Source: Verrucomicrobiota bacterium
Lineage (GTDB): Bacteria > Verrucomicrobiota > Verrucomicrobiia > Limisphaerales > UBA11358
NCBI GenBank assembly: GCA_050011235.1
Contig: JBEKJN010000002.1
Location: forward strand, 1-34,081
DNA length: 34,081 nucleotides
Reading direction: 5' to 3'
Shown here: positions 24,750 to 32,873 of the stretch, piece after piece
How the letters are laid out: the number at the start of each line of letters is the position of its first letter
Position numbering within the stretch: position 1 is the stretch's first letter
Made by a program: the position numbers and the translations under genes
Notes under the pieces: generated by a model
What the model was told of the DNA's origin: nothing
The model's database searches: none
The model's input: only the letters and a program-made list of their open reading frames with translations

Positions 24750-25975
24750 GTGTTGACGTCCTGAACGTGCGCCAGGACTTCGCAGAAATATTTCTGCGCC
24801 GCCGTCCAGCTCAGCCGCTGTTTCAAATCCGTCCAGTTCATTGAAGCGAGATAGTTTTGTCCTGCGCGCTGGTTCCGAACTTCTTCTTCCACAGTGCGTT
24901 TGAATTGTTCCCTGTCAAATGGCGTTACATAGCGGACAGAATCGCCAAAGACGGAAGGATAGCACTCCAGTTTGTAGGCCACCACCGGCACACCTGAAAC
25001 CAGCGCTTCGCCGACCACGATTCCCCAGCTTTCGTAATGGCTTGGCATCACAAACAGGCGGCTGCTCTTGAGCAACCGGAATTTTTCCGTTTCTGAAACC
25101 AAACCGCTGAACACGACGCTGTCGGCCAAACCCATCTGTCGTACCAGCGGTGCGAGCGCATCCTTGCTTTTACCGATGATGATCGCGCGAAAATCGGGCA
25201 GGCGTTGTTTCAACCAGGCCAGCGTCGCCAGCAGATCATCAATGCCTTTTTGCGGATGCACGCGGCCCACCCACGCCACATCGAATTGTTTGGGCTGTTC
25301 CGGCACGCGATCCGCAGCGGCTGCGTCGCTGCCGTTGGGCACATACCACAAGTTCGGATCCGCATAGCCAAATCGCTTCAGATAATCACGGATCCCCGGA
25401 TGGCTGTAAGTCACAATGCCGTTGCGCACACGCCGGAACCAGCGCAAGGAAAGTTGCTGGCTCATCCAGTAGTACAGCGACGGCAACCGCGTGGAGGTCA
25501 CGTCGGCGCGGCCTTTCGACAAAACCTGGCCGAACGTCGGCGCGGTCATGCCCAGATACAGAATTTTCGCGCGCGCCCGGCAACGAATGAGCGGAATGGT
25601 GTCGAACCAATAATCGGACGCCGTGTAGGCCAGGTCGCCGGGTGTCACTTCCTCCAACTGCGACAGCGTGCTCTTCAAGCGCCCGCCGAAATCGCGCAGC
25701 AGCCGGAATTGGCCGGCCAGCCGATTCACGTCGCCGAGCCCGGTCACCTGTGAATCGGTCAAGGTCAGGTTGAGCGGCAGGTTCTGTTTTTCCAGGAACC
25801 GTTTCAGCGCGTGGCCGCCGAAGAAATGAATGGGATAGCCGGCGTCAATCGCCGCGCGCGCCATCTGGTAAATATAAACGTCCCCGCCGCCGATGCCTTC
25901 GCCGAAAATGCCGTTCACGAAACAAACCAGGCGCGGACGCTGCGCGGATGATGATGATTGGGCCGGGGTTGCCAT
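24746..25975 (-). CDS. GT4-family (GT-B) glycosyltransferase
   Basis: VGRVHPQKGIDDLL...IIIGKS...LFVMPSHYESWGIVVGEALVSGVPVVAY contains the EX7E motif typical of retaining GT4 enzymes. Confidence 0.9.
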   Translation of the reverse strand: MATPAQSSSSAQRPRLVCFVNGIFGEGIGGGDVYIYQMARAAIDAGYPIHFFGGHALKRFLEKQNLPLNLTLTDSQVTGLGDVNRLAGQFRLLRDFGGRLKSTLSQLEEVTPGDLAYTASDYWFDTIPLIRCRARAKILYLGMTAPTFGQVLSKGRADVTSTRLPSLYYWMSQQLSLRWFRRVRNGIVTYSHPGIRDYLKRFGYADPNLWYVPNGSDAAAADRVPEQPKQFDVAWVGRVHPQKGIDDLLATLAWLKQRLPDFRAIIIGKSKDALAPLVRQMGLADSVVFSGLVSETEKFRLLKSSRLFVMPSHYESWGIVVGEALVSGVPVVAYKLECYPSVFGDSVRYVTPFDREQFKRTVEEEVRNQRAGQNYLASMNWTDLKQRLSWTAAQKYFCEVLAHVQDVNT

Positions 25976-25987
25976 GGTGCTGCGCGA

Positions 25988-27001
25988 TCAAGGTTTGAGG
26001 CTCTGCTTCACCTGCAATTCCGCAATGAGCTTTTTGTCCTTGCCGCGACGGCGGTAAGTGAGCACGCCCCACGCGTTGCCGAGCACGCTGGCAAGGCTTG
26101 CGGGTGTGTGCCAAAGCCAGCGCACATCAAAGTCGCGAATCAGGCCGCGCAACGTATGCCACAACGGGCCGGCGAATGTGACGCAATAAATCGCCGCCAG
26201 CCAGAGCGGCACGGGCGGTTTTTCCTTCATCCAATTCGTCTTGGCTTCCTCCTGCACACGCAAAAAATGCACCGTGGCCCGGCGGCGCTTCCGCACAAAC
26301 CCCCAAAGCGTTTGCGCGTAATAGTGATGCACGCCGCGCTCCCGGATGCGCAGCCACTCGCGTTTGCCCGCGCGCATGAGATGCAACGCCGCGTGCGTGT
26401 CTTGAAAATGTTCGTCCGCCCGCACTGATTCCAAATCGGCGCGGCGGAAAACAAAGCCGTTGGCCCCCAAGGGATACGAGAGCGAACCGCCCGGCAACGT
26501 CCAACGCTCGGTCTCACCGTCGCGGGCAAGGAGTTGCGGGTTCGCGCTCATCAACCAGCAAATCGGATCGCTGATGTGCAACAAACGCGTGAGGTAGGCG
26601 CAGAACGAACTCATCTTCGGCGACGGCAAATAGTAACTCTCCACGCCGAGCGCCTGTGGATTCGCCGCGAGCGCCTTGACGGCCAGTTCGATGTAGTCCG
26701 CGTGCGTGATTTCGTTGTCGGCGTCCACGAAGACGATGAATTCGCCGCTCGCATGCTGAAGCGCGAGGCGTTTGCCTTCCTCCATGTTCTTGCCGTCGTC
26801 ATCCATGATGATGGCGCCGTATTTTTTGGCGATGTCGCGGGTCGAATCGGTCGAATGCGCGTCGGCCAGGATGATTTCACAGCGGTCCCGCGGATAAGTC
26901 TGGCGCACGATGGACGCGAGGCAGTTGTCCAACAATGCCCCGGCATTCAGCGTCGGCATGATGAAACTGACGCGCGGCATTTTTTCCGAACCGGGCTGCA
27001 T
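25988..27001 (-). CDS. GT2-family glycosyltransferase with C-terminal TM helices (possibly a polyprenyl-phosphate sugar synthase, GtrB/ArnC-like)
   Basis: MPRVSFIMPTLNAGALLDNCLASIVRQTYPRDRCEIILADAHSTDST...FIVFVDADNE, then two hydrophobic C-terminal segments (PVPLWLAAIYCVTFAGPLW and WLWHTPASLASVLGNAWGVL). Alternative start at 26980. Confidence 0.8.
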   Translation of the reverse strand: MQPGSEKMPRVSFIMPTLNAGALLDNCLASIVRQTYPRDRCEIILADAHSTDSTRDIAKKYGAIIMDDDGKNMEEGKRLALQHASGEFIVFVDADNEITHADYIELAVKALAANPQALGVESYYLPSPKMSSFCAYLTRLLHISDPICWLMSANPQLLARDGETERWTLPGGSLSYPLGANGFVFRRADLESVRADEHFQDTHAALHLMRAGKREWLRIRERGVHHYYAQTLWGFVRKRRRATVHFLRVQEEAKTNWMKEKPPVPLWLAAIYCVTFAGPLWHTLRGLIRDFDVRWLWHTPASLASVLGNAWGVLTYRRRGKDKKLIAELQVKQSLKP

Positions 27002-27037
27002 GGTGTGAGTTTGGCTGACCGCGACAACAAATTCAAA

Positions 27038-28294
27038 TCAGCATTGCGCGACCGGTTTGTGCCGGCGCATCGCGCTGAGCCAGATAAAAAACAACGCGCC
27101 GAACGCAATGCCCGCGGCAACCGGCATGGTTTGCAACAGCGCGGCGGGAGTTTGTCCGACCGCCAGCAATGTCAGCCAGTAACCCAGGCCGAGCGCGCCA
27201 TAGAGCAGGGAGATTTTTGACCAGCGGCTGGCGAGCGCCCAATAGGCGAGCGATTGCAGCAGCCCGACGAAGGCCATCGTGATAGACAGCCGGGCAATCA
27301 TGGCTTCGGCCTCGGGCGACGGGTGGCCCAGAATAATTTTGACGCACAAACCACGAAGCAGGAACAAGGCGCCGACACCGAACAAAAGCGCCAAGACGGA
27401 AAGCCCCAGCAGTTTTAGTTGCTCGGCCACAACGTTTCCAGAACGCGCGCCGGAGCGCGACGTAAACAGAACGGTCAACAGCGGAGCCACGGTCATCGGC
27501 AGCGCCGCCGCCAGCCGTTCGGCGCAGTTGTAGGCGTCATTGTCCGCGCCGGAAAAGAATTTTTTGGCGACCAGCAAATCGCCTTGCATGAAAAAAAATC
27601 CGCCGCCCACGCAGGCGGCGCTGACGACCAGATACAGGACAAATTCCCGGTTCCATGGTGAAACCGGCTCGCCGTGCAGCGACAAATCCTTTCGCCAGAA
27701 AAGCAGGACGAGATTGGCCAGCAGCGCAAAAGCCGAGGCGAGGACGGCGGTTTCCGCCGCCGGCCATTTCAGGGTGACGAACCAGCCGAACAAAACCCGC
27801 AGAACCATCACCAGAAAACCGATTAGCGCGAGCCGTTTGAACCAAGCGAGACCCTGGCATAACGCCGTGGCAAAGGAACCCCACAACCCCAACAACGTGC
27901 AGCCCAGCGTGACCAGCATCAGGCTTTCGTTGTAGTGAAAAAAATCGCTCAAGGGTTTGATGACGATCACGGCCAGCACCGATCCGCCGACGGTGAGCCG
28001 GAAGAGGAATTTCCGGCAACCCAGGAGCAGCCCCTGCAACCGTGCACTGTCGCCGCTGGTGTTGAAATGCGCGATGTAATGCGTGACGGCAAAAGTGGCG
28101 CTCAACGGCAACAGTCCGAGCAAAGGCATGAAGCCGCTAATCGCGCTATTGGCATTGCCATATTGGCCTTCTCCCTTCAAGTGATGGCCCATAACGCTCT
28201 GAAACGCCAGGTTGCCGAGACCGGTGACAAAACTGATGGCGGTGAAAATGATGCCGCTCTGCAAAAGCCCGCGGGTTGGGGAACCAATTTTCAT
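27038..28294 (-). CDS. Wzx/MurJ-type (MOP superfamily) polysaccharide flippase
   Basis: 418 aa and almost entirely hydrophobic helices (about 12 TM). The N-terminus LLQSGIIFTAISFVTGLGNLAFQSVMG is typical of polysaccharide biosynthesis/flippase proteins, and the gene sits in a glycan cluster. Confidence 0.7.
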   Translation of the reverse strand: MKIGSPTRGLLQSGIIFTAISFVTGLGNLAFQSVMGHHLKGEGQYGNANSAISGFMPLLGLLPLSATFAVTHYIAHFNTSGDSARLQGLLLGCRKFLFRLTVGGSVLAVIVIKPLSDFFHYNESLMLVTLGCTLLGLWGSFATALCQGLAWFKRLALIGFLVMVLRVLFGWFVTLKWPAAETAVLASAFALLANLVLLFWRKDLSLHGEPVSPWNREFVLYLVVSAACVGGGFFFMQGDLLVAKKFFSGADNDAYNCAERLAAALPMTVAPLLTVLFTSRSGARSGNVVAEQLKLLGLSVLALLFGVGALFLLRGLCVKIILGHPSPEAEAMIARLSITMAFVGLLQSLAYWALASRWSKISLLYGALGLGYWLTLLAVGQTPAALLQTMPVAAGIAFGALFFIWLSAMRRHKPVAQC

Positions 28295-28509
28295 ACGAGC
28301 GGCTGCAATTGCTTTTCCGGTTCAGCGGCAATTGGCGCCTCACGTCCGACAATTTTCTGGCATGCGGCGGTGAGTTCTTGGAGCGAATTGGAGATTTTCA
28401 ATCCACACCCCACATTTCCGCGCCGATCAAGCCAACTGCGCCAGTAACAATCCCTATGCTCATAGATGTTTGGGCAAGCAGCTTCGGCGGGAGCGGGCTT
28501 CAGGCGCAA
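28291..28509 (-). CDS. small Cys-containing ORF, stop-start coupled (ATGA) to the flippase; may be the distal part of a frameshifted gene
   Basis: The stop TGA overlaps the flippase ATG (28291-28294). The sequence reads ...ACPNIYEHRDCYWRSWLDRRGNVGCGLKISNSLQELTAACQKIVGREAPIAAEPEKQLQPLV. Only TTG or GTG starts are available. An adjacent frame (about 28460-28612) encodes MIQRRGHFFNLGGPTDLICQRCKAEMICDTKNPLAPEA. Confidence 0.25.
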   Translation of the reverse strand: MRLKPAPAEAACPNIYEHRDCYWRSWLDRRGNVGCGLKISNSLQELTAACQKIVGREAPIAAEPEKQLQPLV

Positions 28510-28754
28510 GCGGATTCTTTGTGTCGCAAATCATTTCTGCTTTGCAGCGTTGACAAATTAGGTCGGTTGGCCCGCCCAAATTAAAAAAATGTCCGCGACG
28601 TTGGATCATTCCTTCGAACACCCGACTTAAGCCATCCCGCAGGGGCAACCGGCTGATCGAGTGCGCTTGGATTTTGAAGGCCGCCCGCGCAGAAACAAGT
28701 TCAACCACAAGCACAACCGAATTCAAACCCTGCCGGAGCCGGAAAATTCGGAAA

Positions 28755-29417
28755 TCACCTGCCCTTGGGACGAACGTGGAAGCCGAGGCTGAACGGCTGA
28801 AAGAACGACACGGCGTAAGCCAGCCGCCAATACCACAGATATTGCTGGAAGCACGGAACGTAGGTGATATGGTGCTGGCCGAGGTCGGAGCGTTCCACAA
28901 AGCGCCGAGCCACATCGGGCAGGAAGGCGACACAATGATCGTGGTTCCAACCCAGCCAGTTCAAAATCCAGTTCGAGTTATTGGGAATGGTGATGAAAAT
29001 TTCGGATCCAAACTCACTGACCGCACGCGCCATCTCATTCATGGTCTCGAAGTGGTAATTGCAATGCTCCAAGGTCTCCATGCAAATAATGACTTCAGGC
29101 CGATACTCGGAAATGATGGGACGCAATTTCTCAATGCAGCCCTTTTCGCTCAAGTTGAGCGGGTAATGCACGTCCGGTTCGTTGCGGGCGTCGAGAACGC
29201 GATATTCGGCAGCGCTTTGGCCAATGCTGTGGTAAAGCTTCGCAAATTTGCTCTGGCTGGGGTCTTCCTTTTTGAAGGAAAACGAATTGGGCCCGCGCAA
29301 TCGCACATTGTCGGGCGTGGGCGGCATGCCGCGCCCGCCGATGTCGAGTGTGCGCTTGCCGGCGCTGATGTTGCGGGCATAGACGAGCCGGTCAACCAGT
29401 TTGCCGGAAATTTCCAT
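28755..29417 (-). CDS. class I SAM-dependent methyltransferase-like protein
   Basis: Motif I-like TLDIGGRG, an acidic loop VLDARNEPDV, and EVIICMETLEHCNYHFETMNEMARAVSEFGSEIFITIPN, the typical post-II/III region of Methyltransf_11/23-type proteins. It is the first gene of the minus-strand operon ending with the GT4 gene. Confidence 0.6.
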   Translation of the reverse strand: MEISGKLVDRLVYARNISAGKRTLDIGGRGMPPTPDNVRLRGPNSFSFKKEDPSQSKFAKLYHSIGQSAAEYRVLDARNEPDVHYPLNLSEKGCIEKLRPIISEYRPEVIICMETLEHCNYHFETMNEMARAVSEFGSEIFITIPNNSNWILNWLGWNHDHCVAFLPDVARRFVERSDLGQHHITYVPCFQQYLWYWRLAYAVSFFQPFSLGFHVRPKGR

Positions 29418-29592
29418 GTATTTGTTTTTTGAGGTGGTAAGCTTGCCGCCGGTGCAAAACCGCTGTCAATCTTGAAATTGCTCTCAACCAACATCGGCCG
29501 GGCAAATCCCGTCGGAAGGCACGCGTGTCATCGGTTGACAAAATCATTGGCAGACTTCCCGCAGTTTGTTAATCTGAATCAGAGCCGGAATT

Positions 29593-30873
29593 ATGAAGCG
29601 TTGGATACTCATCACAACCGCCGGGTTGATTCTCGGCGCGGCGGCCACCCAGGCCGCGCAAGTCGGGCTGATTAAAATTAACGGCGCCATCGGCCCGGCC
29701 ACCGCCAGCTACATCTCACGTGCGATTGACACGGCGGCGGTGCAAAACGACGAGTGCCTCATTATTCAGCTCGATACGCCCGGCGGTTTGCTCGATTCCG
29801 CTTCGGAGATTGTCCAAAAACTTTACGACTCAAAAGTGCCGACCGTTGTTTTTGTGGCGCCGGCACCGGCGCGCGCGGGCAGCGCGGGCGTATTCATCAC
29901 GATGGCAGCGAATGTGGCCGCCATGGCGCCAAATACGAGAATCGGCGCGGCGCATCCGGTTGAAATCGGCAGTAGCGGCGAGGTCGAAAAGACAGATGAT
30001 ACAATGAAAAAGAAGATCGAGAACGACACCGCCAAGTTCGCACAATCCATCGCTGACAAGCGGCATCGCAACGCCGAGTGGGCCACTGCGTCCGTGCGCG
30101 AAAGCGCCTCCATCACGAGCGAAGAAGCGCTGGACCAGAATGTCATTGACCTGATTGCGGACGATGTTCCCGATTTGCTCAAACAACTCGACGGACGCGA
30201 GGTCGGTGACAAAACGCTCCATACCGCAAACGCCGCGGTAGTCGAAATCCCCATGAAAACGTGGGAGAAATTTGCCCAAATATTTCTGCGGCCGGAGGTC
30301 ATGTTCATCCTGATGTTGGTGGTGATTTACGGGTTCATCGGCGAGTTGAGCCACCCGGGCGCAATTCTGCCGGGCGTTGCCGGGGCCATTGCCCTCCTCC
30401 TCGTGCTTTACATGTCGTCAATCCTGCCCGTCAACATCACCGGAATCGTCTTGATCGGGCTGGCGATTACGTTGTTCATCGTGGACATTTTTGCGCCGAC
30501 GCACGGGATGTTGACCGCGGGTGGCATCGTGGCCTTTTTCCTCGGCGCGATGATGCTGTTCAGCCAGGCCGGGCCGGGCTTTGGATTATCACCGTCCTGG
30601 ATTGTTCCGGCGACGCTCGTCACGGCGGCATTTTTTGTATTTGTTGTCGGCAAGGGCATTCGCGCGCAGTTCAAACCCGTGCAAGCCGGCAAGGAAACAA
30701 TGCTCGGCCGGACGGTGAAGGCGCTTTCGCATATTGACTCGCAGGGCGGCCGGGTGTTTATCGAGGGCGAAAACTGGAATGCCGTGAGCGAAACGCCGGT
30801 CGAAGCCGGACAGCCCGTCGAAGTCATCGGCATCGAAGGATTGACGTTGAAAGTGAAACCTAAAAAACCATAA
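29593..30873 (+). CDS. NfeD-family membrane-bound ClpP-class serine protease (long form)
   Basis: Signal peptide, then ClpP-like domain (IKINGAIGPATASYISRAI...IIQLDTPGGLLDSASEIV...PTVVFVAP...ARAGSAGVFITMAANVAAMAP). A block of TM helices follows, then a C-terminal OB-fold NfeD domain (GRVFIEGENWNAVSE..GQPVEVIGIEGLTLKV). Confidence 0.85.
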   Translation: MKRWILITTAGLILGAAATQAAQVGLIKINGAIGPATASYISRAIDTAAVQNDECLIIQLDTPGGLLDSASEIVQKLYDSKVPTVVFVAPAPARAGSAGVFITMAANVAAMAPNTRIGAAHPVEIGSSGEVEKTDDTMKKKIENDTAKFAQSIADKRHRNAEWATASVRESASITSEEALDQNVIDLIADDVPDLLKQLDGREVGDKTLHTANAAVVEIPMKTWEKFAQIFLRPEVMFILMLVVIYGFIGELSHPGAILPGVAGAIALLLVLYMSSILPVNITGIVLIGLAITLFIVDIFAPTHGMLTAGGIVAFFLGAMMLFSQAGPGFGLSPSWIVPATLVTAAFFVFVVGKGIRAQFKPVQAGKETMLGRTVKALSHIDSQGGRVFIEGENWNAVSETPVEAGQPVEVIGIEGLTLKVKPKKP

Positions 30874-30884
30874 CGGAGAAAATT

Positions 30885-31667
30885 ATGAACGAACTCATTG
30901 GTGGATTTTCCAAATTATTCGGCGCACTTGCCCCGGTCGTAATCATTGTCGTGGTGCTGGCCGTCATCGTGTTGCCGCAGGCGCTGCGCATTTTGCGCGA
31001 ATACGAGCGCGGCGTCATTTTCCGGCTTGGCAAATTGCAGGGCGCGAAAGGGCCGGGAATTATTTTTCTCATTCCCATCGTGGACAAGATGGTGCGGATG
31101 GATTTGCGCGTCGTGACCATTGACGTTCCCAAGCAGGAGGTCATGACCAAGGACAACGTGCCCGCCACAGTGGACGCGGTGATTTATTTCCGCGTTGTGG
31201 ACCCGAACGCGGCGGTGGTGAAGGTGGAAAATTTCTGGAAAGCGACTTCGCTCATCGCGCAGACGACACTGCGCAGCGTGCTCGGCCAGTCGCCGTTGGA
31301 CGACCTGCTGGCGCAACGCGATATCATCAACCAAAAGCTCCAGGAAATCATTGATAAACAAACCGAGCCGTGGGGCATCAAAGTCACGGCGGTCGAGGTG
31401 AAGGACGTGGCGCTGCCCGACAGCATGAAACGCGCGATGGCCAAACAAGCTGAGGCCGAACGTGAACGCCGGGCGAAAGTCGTGAATGCGGAAGGTGAAT
31501 TTCAAGCCGCCGAGAAAATGGTGCAGGCCGCCGCGTTGATCAGCAAGGAACCGATTGCGCTGCAACTGCGCTATCTCCAGACCATGCGCGAAATGGCCAG
31601 CGAACACAACACCACCACCTTCCTGCCATTGCCGATTGATTTGTTCAGCGCGTTCTTGAAAAAATAA
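30885..31667 (+). CDS. SPFH/stomatin-prohibitin family protein
   Basis: N-terminal TM helix, then ILREYERGVIFRLGKLQGAKGPGIIFLIPIVDKMVRMDLRVVTIDVPKQEVMTKDNV...YFRVVDP...AEAERERRAKV. GGAG lies 7 nt upstream of the ATG, which is 11 nt after the NfeD stop. Confidence 0.9.
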   Translation: MNELIGGFSKLFGALAPVVIIVVVLAVIVLPQALRILREYERGVIFRLGKLQGAKGPGIIFLIPIVDKMVRMDLRVVTIDVPKQEVMTKDNVPATVDAVIYFRVVDPNAAVVKVENFWKATSLIAQTTLRSVLGQSPLDDLLAQRDIINQKLQEIIDKQTEPWGIKVTAVEVKDVALPDSMKRAMAKQAEAERERRAKVVNAEGEFQAAEKMVQAAALISKEPIALQLRYLQTMREMASEHNTTTFLPLPIDLFSAFLKK

Positions 31668-31677
31668 ATTGGTCGGC

Positions 31678-32463
31678 ATGAAAACGAATTCCCGTTGGAG
31701 TTTCGTTTGTGAAGGTCTGAAGCAGTCTGTTTATGTCTGCATGGTTCTTTTGTTCTTAACCCCGCTCGCTTGGCTCCTTTTGTGGGGTTCGGCTGTTTGG
31801 TTCGGGGCAACAAGCAATATATTTGACGTAATGCGTCTTTTAGTCGGACTGCCAGTAGTGTTTGCAGCGAGCATATTAAGCGGCCCAGTTCCAAAACTGT
31901 TGACTTTTTTTGACATCAGCGACAAGCAGCTTTTAATTCTGTCTTGTGTCTTGATAATTGTATATTGGGCTTGCTTTGGCGCAGCAGCAGGACTTCTTCG
32001 TTGGAAATTGTCGGCTTCGGACTCTGGACAACAGCAGGAAGCTTCGTCGAAGAAAAACAAAAAATATACACGTTGGACTGTTGGAATTATGGCGGTCGTT
32101 CTCGCGCTCATTTCATTTCCGAGTGGACCAATTACCGCGCCAGCTTACATTTCCAGTCGTTATTCAGCTGGTTGGACAAGAAATTCTGTTATCAACAACC
32201 TCCGTCAGATTGACGCCGCCAAGCAAGAGCTTGCTTTGGAGAAAAAAGTTCCGCTCGATTACATTCCCACAGAAACCGAACTGGTCCCTTATCTTTATGG
32301 AGGCACCAACTTTTTTAATCGTCCGGTTGTCCCCATTCGCTACGTATTGAACCCGATAAACAAGCCTCCTTACGCCGTGCTGGATTCAGATTGGAGATTT
32401 CCCAGACGTAGCTGGCATGAAGGATTTACAATAACCAACGGCACAGTTTTCCAACTTCCTTGA
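31678..32463 (+). CDS. low-GC membrane protein with a C-terminal 'NNLRQIDAAKQ' domain
   Basis: About 4 hydrophobic segments, a Ser/Gln/Lys linker (SDSGQQQEASSKKNKK), another TM helix, then SVINNLRQIDAAKQELALEKKVPLDYIPTETELVPYL. This resembles the NLRQID.AK..WALE motif I recall from pseudopilin-like proteins of Verrucomicrobia/Planctomycetes. No prepilin N-terminus is present. ATG 31678 lies 10 nt after the SPFH stop; the track start TTG 31669 is less likely. Confidence 0.55.
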   Translation: MKTNSRWSFVCEGLKQSVYVCMVLLFLTPLAWLLLWGSAVWFGATSNIFDVMRLLVGLPVVFAASILSGPVPKLLTFFDISDKQLLILSCVLIIVYWACFGAAAGLLRWKLSASDSGQQQEASSKKNKKYTRWTVGIMAVVLALISFPSGPITAPAYISSRYSAGWTRNSVINNLRQIDAAKQELALEKKVPLDYIPTETELVPYLYGGTNFFNRPVVPIRYVLNPINKPPYAVLDSDWRFPRRSWHEGFTITNGTVFQLP

Positions 32464-32516
32464 AAAGTTTGCAACTTGCGACAAAATTGATTTTGGATTT
32501 TGGTTGAATCGAAATC

Positions 32517-32762
32517 ATGCCTCTTTACGAATACGAGTTGTGCGAAGGCGAATGCAAGGTGTGCGGCGGTAAGTTCACCTTGCGCCGGCCGTTGAGCGCG
32601 CCGGAGTTGACGAAATGTCCGGCCTGCAAAAAGCCGGTGCGCAAGATCATTTCCACCTTCAATTCGCCGCACAAGCTCAAGCCGCTGTCCATCTCGGACG
32701 CCAAAAAGGCCGGGTTCACCGTGCTCAAACGGCTCGGCAAGGGTGAATATGAGAAGCAGTAA
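32517..32762 (+). CDS. FmdB-family zinc-ribbon protein (CxxC_CxxC_SSSS type)
   Basis: MPLYEYELCEGECKVCGGKFTLRRPLSAPELTKCPACKKPVRKIIS has the canonical MP.YEY.C..C...F start and a second CxxC motif. Confidence 0.85.
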   Translation: MPLYEYELCEGECKVCGGKFTLRRPLSAPELTKCPACKKPVRKIISTFNSPHKLKPLSISDAKKAGFTVLKRLGKGEYEKQ

Positions 32763-32873
32763 GTTGGTTGAGGGCTGAAAGTTGCCCGCCTTCATCTTGT
32801 TTCGATGCGGGCGCGCCGCAGTCGGAAGCGAAGGCGGAAGGATGGGGAGGTAATGAAAAGGGTTTTGTCGCAA

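Noticed and set aside
28460-28933. 157-aa minus-strand ORF overlapping the 3' end of the methyltransferase-like gene
   Set aside because: The upstream 60% overlaps the better-supported methyltransferase frame. Only the distal part (below about 28612) is kept as a possible small coding region (see findings).
29540-29592. TTGACA upstream of nfeD as a promoter -35 box
   Set aside because: No acceptable -10 hexamer lies at 16-18 nt spacing. The nearest TAAT-like element (TGTTAATCT) is about 27 nt away.
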